Origin: Sulfurospirillum sp.
Lineage (GTDB): Bacteria > Campylobacterota > Campylobacteria > Campylobacterales > QNZT01
Reading direction: 5' to 3'
Assembly: GCA_003978405.1 (NCBI GenBank)
Contig: QNZU01000071.1
Location: forward strand, 1 to 36,244
DNA length: 36,244 bases
The translations under genes were made by a program, and so were the position numbers. Of the stretch, positions 10,034-18,826 are shown piece after piece (positions within the stretch are counted from its first letter, which is position 1; each line of letters begins with the position of its first letter). The notes under the pieces were generated by a model. It saw only the letters and a program-made list of their open reading frames with translations. It ran no database searches and had not been told where the DNA came from.

Positions 10034-10445
10034 CTCCTTTCTTGGCTTTTTTCTTTTTCTTCTGTTTTTTCTTTTTCTTTTTTGGTTTTTCTATCTGAGC
10101 TAACTCATCCTCTTCTAACTTATCAAATGATATATCATTGATAGAGTTTTTGATATCAGTAACTTCACTCCTAAGATCATCAGCTATATTTAGATCATCA
10201 TCAATCTCTACTTTATATTCATGGACAACATCTTCTAAATCTTTTTTATATGAAAGAGCCTCCTCTTTGAGTTCACTTAGGTGAATCTCTTTCTCAATCG
10301 TCTCTTTTGTTTCGTGGATACTCTTTTTGATGCCTCTAAAAAATTTTGCAACCTTTACCATGGCCTCCGGTAATTTATCGGGACCAATAAATAGTATTGC
10401 AATGATAGCGATCACTAATATTTCGCCCAAACTCATTCCAAACAC
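10020..10445 (-). CDS. tatB: Twin-arginine translocase subunit TatB (with poly-Lys C-terminal tail)
   Basis: 141 aa. GTG start 5 nt after SD AAGGAA. N-terminus MFGMSLGEILVIAIIAILFIGPDKLPE (GP..LP is TatB-like), and the tail is KPKKKKKKQKKKKKAKKGDEDV. Confidence 0.85.
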   Translation of the reverse strand: MFGMSLGEILVIAIIAILFIGPDKLPEAMVKVAKFFRGIKKSIHETKETIEKEIHLSELKEEALSYKKDLEDVVHEYKVEIDDDLNIADDLRSEVTDIKNSINDISFDKLEEDELAQIEKPKKKKKKQKKKKKAKKGDEDV

Positions 10446-10534
10446 TGCTATTCCTTAGTTGATATTGGTGTGAAACCCTCTTGTAAACCATCTTGTAAAA
10501 TGATTTTTGTAGTAGGGTTCAATGCTCTATTGTA

Positions 10535-11620
10535 TCACAAAATTATATAAAGAGTTATCTCATCAGCTAAAAACAGATCATTTGAGTAGTATCTTTCATT
10601 ATCTTTTTTTAGTTTTCTCTCTTTCACTAAAAACTCTGCTTTTTCTCTCTCTTTTTCATTCAATATGCTTGATTTAAAACCGATAGTAGATCTAAGTCCC
10701 AAAAGAATCTTCTCTCTTTTTATATCCTCAAAGCAAAGCTTTTCAATATCCCTATAAAAAGGATCATCTATATAATCTTCTATATCTTTGGAGGGATAAA
10801 ACCTTCTATTTTTTAAAAATCCTACAGCTCCTGCTCCAATCCCAATATAGGGCAGATATCTCCAGTATCCCTTGTTGTGATATGATTCATATTCTCCGAA
10901 ATTACTCACTTCATATTGATTGAAACCTCTTTTGATGATCTCATCTTTTATCCAGTTTGCAAACTCTTCATCATCCTTTTTCACATTTGGCATTGTGAAA
11001 AATTTCGTTCCCTCCTCAAGTGTGAGAGCATAGGCACTTAGATGATCTATAGGAAGCAAAAAGGCAGTATCAAGATCATTTTTTAACAACTCTTTTGTAT
11101 CGAGTGCAGTTGCATAGATTAGATCGATGGATATATGACTAAAGCCAACACTTTTAGCATCTTCCACTGCTTTGATTGCCATCTCTTTTGAGTGAGATCT
11201 GTTTAAAAACTCTAATTTTTTTTCATCAAAGCTTTGCACTCCAAAACTGACTCTGTTTACTCCAAGCTCTCTCATCCCTTCTAGCCATTTTTTAGTAGCT
11301 GAGTTTGGATTGGCTTCAGTTGTGATCTCTATATCTTTTTTAATGTATGGGGATATTTTTTCAAAAAGAGGTTTATAAAGTTTTGGTGCTATAGTTGATG
11401 GAGTTCCTCCTCCGATAAAGATAGACTCGATACTTTTTCTTTCAAGCTCAAATCTCTCTATCTCTTTGTCAAACTGCTTTACTATTGCCTCCATATACCT
11501 ATCTTGCAAGTGGTGCAGATGGGTGTAGGAGTTAAATGCACAGTAGTGGCACAAGCTATCGCAAAAAGGGATATGGATATAAAGTAGCATTTTCAAATCT
11601 TTTTTTGGATAGTATATCAC
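10535..11620 (-). CDS. hemW: Radical SAM heme chaperone HemW / HemN-like (oxygen-independent coproporphyrinogen oxidase family)
   Basis: 361 aa with a CxxxCxxC radical SAM motif (IPFCDSLCHYC). The start is uncertain: GTG at 11620 or ATG at 11590 (MLLYIHIPFC). Confidence 0.85.
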   Translation of the reverse strand: MIYYPKKDLKMLLYIHIPFCDSLCHYCAFNSYTHLHHLQDRYMEAIVKQFDKEIERFELERKSIESIFIGGGTPSTIAPKLYKPLFEKISPYIKKDIEITTEANPNSATKKWLEGMRELGVNRVSFGVQSFDEKKLEFLNRSHSKEMAIKAVEDAKSVGFSHISIDLIYATALDTKELLKNDLDTAFLLPIDHLSAYALTLEEGTKFFTMPNVKKDDEEFANWIKDEIIKRGFNQYEVSNFGEYESYHNKGYWRYLPYIGIGAGAVGFLKNRRFYPSKDIEDYIDDPFYRDIEKLCFEDIKREKILLGLRSTIGFKSSILNEKEREKAEFLVKERKLKKDNERYYSNDLFLADEITLYIIL

Positions 11621-11639
11621 AAAAATAAGAGGAGAGTAA

Positions 11640-12113
11640 ATGAAAAAAAAGCTTCGTTACAGACCAAATGTTGCTGCTGTTATTCTCTCTTCAAAATATC
11701 CCTTAGCAACTGAAATTTTAGTTGCAAATAGAATTGATATCAAGGATGATGCTTGGCAATTTCCCCAAGGTGGTATAGATGATGGAGAGGATCCAAAAGA
11801 TGCACTCTTTAGAGAGTTAAAAGAGGAGATAGGAACAGATGAGGTTGATATCATAGCTGAATACCCAGAGTGGATCAGTTATGAGTTTTTAAATAAAAAT
11901 TCTAAAAAAATGTATCCATATGATGGACAGAGACAGAAATATTTTTTGGTCAAGCTAAAGCCTTCGGCACAAATTTCTCTAAATACAAAGATACCAGAAT
12001 TTACAGAGTATAAATTTCTCTCTTATGAGCAAACTCTAGAACAGATTTCATATGTAAAAAAGCCTATCTATAAGAAAGTATTAACATATTTTAAAAAAGA
12101 GGGATATTTATAG
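11640..12113 (+). CDS. rppH: RNA pyrophosphohydrolase (Nudix)
   Basis: 157 aa with SD AGGAGAG. Nudix box GGIDDGEDPKDALFRELKEEIG, and YRPNVAAVI N-terminus. Confidence 0.9.
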   Translation: MKKKLRYRPNVAAVILSSKYPLATEILVANRIDIKDDAWQFPQGGIDDGEDPKDALFRELKEEIGTDEVDIIAEYPEWISYEFLNKNSKKMYPYDGQRQKYFLVKLKPSAQISLNTKIPEFTEYKFLSYEQTLEQISYVKKPIYKKVLTYFKKEGYL

Positions 12114-13315
12114 TGTTGGTTGTTCAAAAGTATGGTGGGACTAGTGTTGGTGATTTGGAGAGGATTGAAAATGTTGCCAAAAGAGTAGCAAAGAGCAAAG
12201 ATGAGGGCAATAGTATTGTAGTAGTTGTTTCGGCTATGAGTGGGGAGACAAATAAACTCATCTCTTATGCGGAGCATTTCTCATCCAATCCTCCAAAAAG
12301 AGAGATGGATATATTGCTTAGTTCTGGGGAGAGGGTAACTTCTGCACTTTTAAGTATCGCTCTTAACCAGATGGGTTATAGTGCAATCGCACTTACAGGA
12401 AGACAAGCAGGAATGGTAACAAATAGCACTCACACAAGTGCGAGGATAGAGAAGATTGAGACTGACAATATTCAAAAAGAGTTAGATAAAAACAAGATTG
12501 TCATAGTTGCCGGATTTCAAGGTATTTCAAAGGAGGGAAATGTCACAACTCTTGGTCGAGGAGGGAGTGATCTTAGTGCCGTGGCGATTGCCGGAGCATT
12601 GGGAGCCGATCTTTGTGAGATCTATACCGATGTGGATGGAGTCTATACCACAGATCCTAGAATTGAGCCAAAAGCCAAAAAAATAGAGAAGATCTCTTAT
12701 GATGAGATGCTTGAGTTTGCCTCACTAGGAGCCAAAGTGCTTCAAAACAGATCGGTAGAGTTGGCAAAAAAACTAGATGTCAATCTTGTAACTAGAAGTT
12801 CATTTAACAACAATAGCGGAACACTTATAACCAAGGAAGAGAATATTATGGAAAAGCCTATAGTTAGCGGAATAGCACTCGATAAAAACCAAGCTAGAAT
12901 TACCCTAAGAGGGGTTGTTGATGAGCCTGGAATTGCTGCAAGTATATTTACAAATCTTGCAGATGAGGGTATCAATGTAGATATGATTATCCAAAATGTG
13001 GGTGAGGATGGATCGACAAATCTTGGATTTACAGTTCCAAGAGATGAGCTTGAGCGTGCAAAAAAAATTATGCTTGAACTAAATCCCGCAAAAAATCTTG
13101 AATTTGATAGCAATATTGTCAAAGTATCGATTGTGGGAGTTGGTATGAAATCTCACAGCGGTGTGGCAAGTAAAGCCTTTGAGACTATGGCAAAAGAGAA
13201 TATCAATATAGAGATGATAAGCACCAGTGAGATAAAAATCTCTATGGCGATAGAACAGAAGTATGGTGAGTTGGCTGTTAGGGCCTTACACGAGGCATAT
13301 GAATTAGATAAATGA
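12113..13315 (+). CDS. lysC: Aspartate kinase (two C-terminal ACT domains)
   Basis: 400 aa, GTG start overlapping the rppH stop (TAGTG). Motifs VQKYGGTSVG and TTLGRGGSDL. Internal in-frame SD+ATG at 12848. Confidence 0.96.
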   Translation: MLVVQKYGGTSVGDLERIENVAKRVAKSKDEGNSIVVVVSAMSGETNKLISYAEHFSSNPPKREMDILLSSGERVTSALLSIALNQMGYSAIALTGRQAGMVTNSTHTSARIEKIETDNIQKELDKNKIVIVAGFQGISKEGNVTTLGRGGSDLSAVAIAGALGADLCEIYTDVDGVYTTDPRIEPKAKKIEKISYDEMLEFASLGAKVLQNRSVELAKKLDVNLVTRSSFNNNSGTLITKEENIMEKPIVSGIALDKNQARITLRGVVDEPGIAASIFTNLADEGINVDMIIQNVGEDGSTNLGFTVPRDELERAKKIMLELNPAKNLEFDSNIVKVSIVGVGMKSHSGVASKAFETMAKENINIEMISTSEIKISMAIEQKYGELAVRALHEAYELDK

Positions 13316-13866
13316 TTCAAAGTTTATCTTCTTGGACACTTGAAGAGATCCGTAAAAGCCACTGTATGGATTGGATGGAAGAGAAGAGGATAGAGTGGGT
13401 TAGTATTGTAGCCTCTTCTTTGTCTGATCTGATCAATGCAAAGCCTATTATTGTTATCACCGATCAAAAGAGAGAGTGGTTTGGTGATTATCTAATCCAA
13501 AGTCTAAATTCCTCAGATTTTAACAGACCACTTTTACCTCTGTTTGTTTTAAAATCGCTCTTTAAGCATATAGACTCATTGGAAGATGAGCAAAATCTTG
13601 AACTCTTAAATGATATGTTAGAGATTTTGTTTCCAAACGGTTATCGGTTTTTCTATATTGGCTCAGGTGAAGATAGAAGAGCCAAAATTGCCAAAGAGTC
13701 TAAATCCTCAATGTTATGGATGTATGATAAAAAAGATGATGGAGCTTTCTATATGGGGATTGATGAGAGTGTGAGTGATACCAAACTGATTCAGCTTTTA
13801 GAGCTATTTGATAAGAGTATAGATGCTGTTTTGTTTGGTGAAGTAGATATCTTGGGATCATTATAG
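13312..13866 (+). CDS. hobA: HobA-like DnaA-binding replication initiation factor
   Basis: 184 aa, ATGA overlap with lysC. It sits between lysC and holB exactly as H. pylori HP1230. Segments IIVITDQKREWFGDYLIQSLN and DTKLIQLLELFDKSIDAVLF resemble my recollection of HobA. Confidence 0.75.
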   Translation: MIQSLSSWTLEEIRKSHCMDWMEEKRIEWVSIVASSLSDLINAKPIIVITDQKREWFGDYLIQSLNSSDFNRPLLPLFVLKSLFKHIDSLEDEQNLELLNDMLEILFPNGYRFFYIGSGEDRRAKIAKESKSSMLWMYDKKDDGAFYMGIDESVSDTKLIQLLELFDKSIDAVLFGEVDILGSL

Positions 13867-14477
13867 TGAATAGCAAAATTGTTATTACTTCCAATCTTGA
13901 AAAATTGAGAGAAAAGTTAGTCAATGAGATCGATTCAAAATTGACAAAAGAGTTTATCTGCGATGAGTTTAAGATAGATGATGCAAAGGCTGTAACTGCT
14001 GAAGCATATATCGCCGAAGAGGGAGTCAAGCATATTATTGTCTTAGCAAATGTTTACAGAGTTGAAGCTCAAAATTCGCTTTTAAAGCTTTTGGAGGAGC
14101 CACCTAGAAATATTGTTTTTATTCTTATTGGAAAGAGTAAAAATGCATTTTTGCCGACAATCAGATCAAGAATGAGTATTGAAATAGATGATGTGGTACC
14201 ACTTAGAGTTGATCTGGATATTGATCTTTTAAAAATGCAAACAGATGAGATGTTTAGTTTCATAAAAAGATATAAATCAGCCAAAAAAGAGGAGTTAAGA
14301 GCTATTGTCCAAGAGCTCTTAAAACAGAGTATAAGTAGCGGCAGTATAAATTTTAATGAGAGTGAACTTGATATGTTTGAAAAGTCACTGGCTTTGGTAA
14401 ATTTAAACACAAGATCTCAAACAATTCTTGCAAATTTACTGCTTTTAATCTATCATGCAAGGGGTAGAGAGAGTTGA
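13866..14477 (+). CDS. holB: DNA polymerase III delta-prime subunit (short form)
   Basis: 203 aa with the NSLLKLLEEPP clamp-loader motif. Synteny lysC-hobA-holB-folP. Confidence 0.85.
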   Translation: MNSKIVITSNLEKLREKLVNEIDSKLTKEFICDEFKIDDAKAVTAEAYIAEEGVKHIIVLANVYRVEAQNSLLKLLEEPPRNIVFILIGKSKNAFLPTIRSRMSIEIDDVVPLRVDLDIDLLKMQTDEMFSFIKRYKSAKKEELRAIVQELLKQSISSGSINFNESELDMFEKSLALVNLNTRSQTILANLLLLIYHARGRES

Positions 14478-15622
14478 GAGTAAAAAGAATTTCCAATGAT
14501 ACAGATACAAAAGAGTTACTGAGAAAAATTGATGTCTCAAAAGAGGGCATAAAGATCATCTCTTCAAAGATGAAGCATATGAGTTTCTTCATAGAGCAGA
14601 TAAGAACACCAGCAGCTAATATCTTAAAACAGGAGGCTTTGTCAATTGGAGCTGAATTTGCGGTACCAAAAGATACGATACTATGTAAAGATGAGAGAGT
14701 TGATGGAGTTTTGATAATTAATCAAAAAGAGTTAAATTACCTTTGCCAAAAATTAAAAGCCCAGCCGTTTGGACTTAAAGATCTTTCACTCAAATTAAAA
14801 GATCATCTAAATACAAAAAGTTTCCAAGATATTAAAATCATGGGTGTATTAAATATAAACAGTGATAGCTTTTATGCAAAGAGCCGCTTTGATAAAAACG
14901 AGGCACTAAAAAGAGTTGTAGATATGGTAGAAGATGGTGCCAATATCATAGATATAGGTGCACTATCATCAAGACCAGGCTCCGATAAAATAAGCGAAGA
15001 TGAGGAGTTGGAGCGAATTAGAGATATCATCGATCTAATCTATAAAAATAGACTTTATGAGAGGGTAAGATTTAGTCTTGATAGTTATTCTCCAAAAGTG
15101 ATCTCTTATGCATTGCAAAGAGGTTTTCAAATTGTAAATGATATCACCGGGCTTGAAAATGATGAGGTTTGCAAACTGATCTCCCAATACGATGCAAGTG
15201 CAGTGATTATGCATAAAAAAGGCGATCCAAAAACGATGCAAGATAATCCTTCTTATGTAGATGTAATTGATGAAATTGATCAATTTTTTACTCATAGAAT
15301 CAAAAAGGCTGAAGCATTTGGTATCAAAGATATTATATTAGATGTAGGTATTGGCTTTGGAAAAAGATTGCAGGATAATTTGGTACTGATAAAGCATTTG
15401 GAGCATTTTAAACATTTTAATAAAGAGCTTTTGATAGGTGCTAGTAGAAAGAGTATGATTGATGATATTATGCCTACACAGGTAGAGGATAGACTCAGTG
15501 CAACACTTGCTTTGCATTTAAGAGCAATTCAAAACGGAGCATCAATTATACGGGTTCATGATGTTTTGGAGCATAAAAGAGTGTTAAGCATCTTAAGAGC
15601 TTTAGATGAAACCACTATATAA
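14474..15622 (+). CDS. folP: Dihydropteroate synthase with about 118-aa N-terminal extension
   Basis: 382 aa with a TTGA start-stop overlap. The pterin-binding domain starts at IMGVLNINSDSFY, then DIGALSSRPG, LDSY, NDITG, DVGIGFGK and GASRKS. Confidence 0.93.
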   Translation: MRVKRISNDTDTKELLRKIDVSKEGIKIISSKMKHMSFFIEQIRTPAANILKQEALSIGAEFAVPKDTILCKDERVDGVLIINQKELNYLCQKLKAQPFGLKDLSLKLKDHLNTKSFQDIKIMGVLNINSDSFYAKSRFDKNEALKRVVDMVEDGANIIDIGALSSRPGSDKISEDEELERIRDIIDLIYKNRLYERVRFSLDSYSPKVISYALQRGFQIVNDITGLENDEVCKLISQYDASAVIMHKKGDPKTMQDNPSYVDVIDEIDQFFTHRIKKAEAFGIKDIILDVGIGFGKRLQDNLVLIKHLEHFKHFNKELLIGASRKSMIDDIMPTQVEDRLSATLALHLRAIQNGASIIRVHDVLEHKRVLSILRALDETTI

Positions 15623-15757
15623 ATTTATTTAAATATTGAGTAAAAAAGTAATATAAAGATTAAAATACCTCCAAAATATAAACAAAATCATTGACTAAAG
15701 TAAATATATATTACCTTTGACGATATTCCTTTTACAAATAATAAAAAGGGATTTTAT

Positions 15758-16246
15758 ATGAAAAAGTTTATCATAGCAATGGCAATAGGAGGAGTTTTTC
15801 TAAGCAGTGCATATGCAGAAGGTATGCTTGGTAAGATAGAAAAAGAGAGTGATAAAGAGGTTTATAACAGAGTTTTTACACTTGCAAAAAGTGGTGATAT
15901 CAATTCACAAACTCTTTTAGGAGAGATGTTACTTGATGGGATTGGTGTAAAAGCCGATTTGGATAAAGCATTTTACTGGATATCAAAAGCCTCAAACAGT
16001 GGTGATGCTGATGCTTCTTATCTTCTTGGATTTATGTATGAAAATGGAATCAAAGTTCATGTCAATCTACAAAGAGCCGCAACACTTTATGAAAAAGGTG
16101 CAAGAGAAGGCAGCCTAATGGCAAAATTCCATTTGGCATTTATGTATCACAAAGGAATTGGAGTTCAAAAAGATAACAAAAAGGCTATTTCATTACTAGA
16201 AGAGATAAAAAAAGAGAAATCAAAAATAAGACTCTCAAGAAGTTAA
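15758..16246 (+). CDS. Secreted Sel1-like repeat (SLR/Hcp-like) protein
   Basis: 162 aa with a signal peptide MKKFIIAMAIGGVFLSSAYA. Three SLR units (LGEMLLDGIGVKADLDKAFYW, LGFMYENGIKVHVNLQRAATLY, LAFMYHKGIGVQKDNKKAISL). Confidence 0.85.
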   Translation: MKKFIIAMAIGGVFLSSAYAEGMLGKIEKESDKEVYNRVFTLAKSGDINSQTLLGEMLLDGIGVKADLDKAFYWISKASNSGDADASYLLGFMYENGIKVHVNLQRAATLYEKGAREGSLMAKFHLAFMYHKGIGVQKDNKKAISLLEEIKKEKSKIRLSRS

Positions 16247-16248
16247 AA

Positions 16249-16274
16249 ATATCGGATCAGAATTGATCCGATAT
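16249..16274. terminator. Perfect 11-bp hairpin between convergent genes (bidirectional terminator)
   Basis: ATATCGGATCA-gaat-TGATCCGATAT, flanked by A-run/T-run context, between the stop of the Sel1 gene (16246) and the stop of ftsZ (16291). Confidence 0.7.
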
Positions 16275-16290
16275 AAAAGAGGAGTTAGAT

Positions 16291-17418
16291 TTAGTCCATT
16301 TGTCTTCTAAGAAATGTCGGATAGTCCAAATCTGTTGTATCAGAGATATATTCTCCACCACCACTTATCTTAATGCTCTTTTTAACAATCGGAGCTTCTT
16401 CTTTAGTAGTCTGATTTGAAGGAAGATCAGTACCATTGATCGGTTTTAACTCTTCTTTACCCTCAAATCCAGTTGCTACAATTGTGATTTTGACTTCATT
16501 TTCACCAAAACTCTCATTTGTAGTGGTACCAAATATCACATCAGCATCCTCATCCGCACTGTCATAAATGCTATCCATTGCCATTTGAATCTGAGTAAGA
16601 GGGAAATTTGGATGAATATGAAAATGAACAAGAACACCCATTGCACCGTTGATATTCATATTATCTAGCAGTGGAGACTCAATAGCATTTCTGACTGCCT
16701 CAATTGCAGCATCGTCACCCTCAGCCTCTCCGACTCCAAGAATTGCCATTCCTTTGTGGCTCATTACTGTTTGAACATCAGCAAAGTCAAGATTGATATC
16801 ATTTGCTCCATGAGAAAGTACCACGGCACTCATTCCACCTACTGCTCTAGCCAAAATATCATCAACAAGTTTGAAACTCTCTTTGATACCTAGGTTTTTA
16901 TCAACAATAGCCAAAAGCTTGTCATTTGGAATAACTACTATAGAGTCACTCTCTTGTTTTAAATCATTTATACCCTCTTGAGCCAACTGTGATCTTTTTC
17001 TACCCTCAAATGCAAATGGCTTTGTTACTACTGAAACTGTAAGAGCACCAACCTCTTTGGCAGCTTGAGCAACTATCGGAGTAGCTCCGGTTCCTGTTCC
17101 GCCACCCATTCCTGAAGCGATAAATACTATATCTGCACCTTCAAGTGCTTCTTTGATATTTTCAAAGCTCTCTAATGCAGCATTTTTACCAACCTCTGGT
17201 TTCATTCCAGCTCCCAGTCCTCTAGTTAGTCTCTCACCAAGTTGAATCTTTGTTTGTGCTAATGAATCTTTTAAAGCTTGTGCATCAGTGTTTGCAACGA
17301 TCAACTCAATCTCACCGACTCCCTGACTGATCATTTGGTTGACCATGTTTCCACCACCGCCACCGACTCCGATAACTTTTATCTTTGCACCAATGACTTG
17401 TGACTGATTATTTGACAT
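16291..17418 (-). CDS. ftsZ: Cell division GTPase FtsZ
   Basis: 375 aa. Motifs GVGGGGGN and the tubulin signature GMGGGTGTGATP, with C-terminal peptide DYPTFLRRQ. Confidence 0.98.
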   Translation of the reverse strand: MSNNQSQVIGAKIKVIGVGGGGGNMVNQMISQGVGEIELIVANTDAQALKDSLAQTKIQLGERLTRGLGAGMKPEVGKNAALESFENIKEALEGADIVFIASGMGGGTGTGATPIVAQAAKEVGALTVSVVTKPFAFEGRKRSQLAQEGINDLKQESDSIVVIPNDKLLAIVDKNLGIKESFKLVDDILARAVGGMSAVVLSHGANDINLDFADVQTVMSHKGMAILGVGEAEGDDAAIEAVRNAIESPLLDNMNINGAMGVLVHFHIHPNFPLTQIQMAMDSIYDSADEDADVIFGTTTNESFGENEVKITIVATGFEGKEELKPINGTDLPSNQTTKEEAPIVKKSIKISGGGEYISDTTDLDYPTFLRRQMD

Positions 17419-17448
17419 TTTTTCTCCTCTTTTTAAATTTAATTTTTT

Positions 17449-18819
17449 CTAAAATAGTTGTGAAATTTTATTCCACAGTTTTTTAAATGGCCCCTCACTG
17501 GAGTCGTTATCTGCTAAATCATCCAAACCGAAAGGTTGAGATATATCATCGCTCTCATATTCATCATCTATTATTCCTTTATTGATAAATTCACTCTCTT
17601 CATCCAAAGGATTGGTACCACTTACAGATGGGGAGATCACTTCATCTTTGTATCTTAAGTTTCTGCTAGAATCCATCTCATATGGAGTAAATCTTCCTGC
17701 TCCATATAAAACAAGACCTATTGATGTGGCAAATTCAGGTCCTTTTAAAGTGTCAAACATTCCCTCGATTTGACTTTCATTTGGTCGTGCTAATCTTACT
17801 GGCATATTGTTAAATATAGCTTGTGCCAACTCTTTAATTCCGTCAAGTTTGGTTAAGCCACCAGTTAGTACTACTCCAGCACCAAGCTGGTCAGAAAAGC
17901 CACTGTCTTCAATCGATTTTGCTATGATCATCAAAGTCTCTTCAACCCTTGCATAGATGACATTTGAGACAATTTCAAGTGAGACATCATTGCTACTATT
18001 TTCATCACCAATACTTGGTAATTCTATAGTATCATTAGAGTCACTTTTTAAGCTTCCATAATCTATCTTGACTCTCTCAGCAGCACCGATTGGTGTGTGA
18101 AGTGCCATAGATAGGTCATTTGTTACATTGTTGCTTCCAACTCCTAAAAAGTCATTGTATCTGATTGAATTTCCCTGATGTATGACAATATTTGAAGTAG
18201 CGCCACCAAGATCTACCACAGCAACTCCAAGCTCTTTCTCATCTTCATTAAGCACAGCTATACTTGAAGCATAGCCGTTTAAGACTATATTATCTATCTC
18301 GACTGATGCTGATTTTACAGCTTTTTTAAGATTGTTCAGGCTAGATTTTAATACTGTTATGATATGAACTTGCACCTCAAGTCTTGATCCGTTCATGCCA
18401 AGTGGATCATCAATATTTGCATGATCATCAACTCTGAAATTATAAGGAAGAACATGAAGTTTTTCATACTCATTTGGTATATTGGCATTATGATCAGCCA
18501 TCTGTAAGACTCTATTGATCTCTTTGATGCCGATCTCTTTGTTAGGGACATTTACTACCCCATAACTGTCAACACTTTTTGTATAGGCTCCAGATATTGA
18601 TACTATCACTCTGTCGTAGTGGGTACCAGCTACTCTTTTTGCATCATTGATAGCATGTTTTATTGTTCTAGAGGCTAACTCTATATTTGTAATAATACCC
18701 TTTTTTATACCTTGGGATTTGGATATACCAGCTCCTAGTATCTTAACACTATCTTCATTATGCTGAGCAATAATGGCACACACTTTTGTTGAACCGATAT
18801 CGACACTTAAGACAATCAT
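17449..18819 (-). CDS. ftsA: Cell division protein FtsA
   Basis: 456 aa, actin-like ATPase (VDIGSTKV, VDLGGATSN, VLTGG). Immediately upstream of ftsZ. Confidence 0.95.
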   Translation of the reverse strand: MIVLSVDIGSTKVCAIIAQHNEDSVKILGAGISKSQGIKKGIITNIELASRTIKHAINDAKRVAGTHYDRVIVSISGAYTKSVDSYGVVNVPNKEIGIKEINRVLQMADHNANIPNEYEKLHVLPYNFRVDDHANIDDPLGMNGSRLEVQVHIITVLKSSLNNLKKAVKSASVEIDNIVLNGYASSIAVLNEDEKELGVAVVDLGGATSNIVIHQGNSIRYNDFLGVGSNNVTNDLSMALHTPIGAAERVKIDYGSLKSDSNDTIELPSIGDENSSNDVSLEIVSNVIYARVEETLMIIAKSIEDSGFSDQLGAGVVLTGGLTKLDGIKELAQAIFNNMPVRLARPNESQIEGMFDTLKGPEFATSIGLVLYGAGRFTPYEMDSSRNLRYKDEVISPSVSGTNPLDEESEFINKGIIDDEYESDDISQPFGLDDLADNDSSEGPFKKLWNKISQLF

Positions 18820-18826
18820 AATTTAA

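Noticed and set aside
10479-10499. Direct repeat TCTTGTAAA x2 (two TTTACA -35-like boxes on the minus strand) upstream of tatB
   Set aside because: The best -35/-10 pairing (TTTACA-N17-TATCAA) would place the transcription start inside or after the tatB SD. It is more likely incidental, or part of read-through from hemW.
12742-13122. 126-aa ORF antisense to lysC
   Set aside because: Shadow ORF opposite the ACT-domain region. The translation is Ser/Phe/Ile-rich low complexity and there is no SD.
13700-14410. Two antisense ORFs (13700-14029 and 14069-14410) opposite hobA/holB
   Set aside because: Both are nested antisense in genes supported by synteny and motifs, and neither has a recognisable domain or start context.
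15623-15757. Intergenic region after folP, checked for terminator, sRNA or small ORF (20-codon hydrophobic ORF on the minus strand)
   Set aside because: No stable hairpin, no SD for the mini-ORF and no conserved-looking structure can be discerned by eye.
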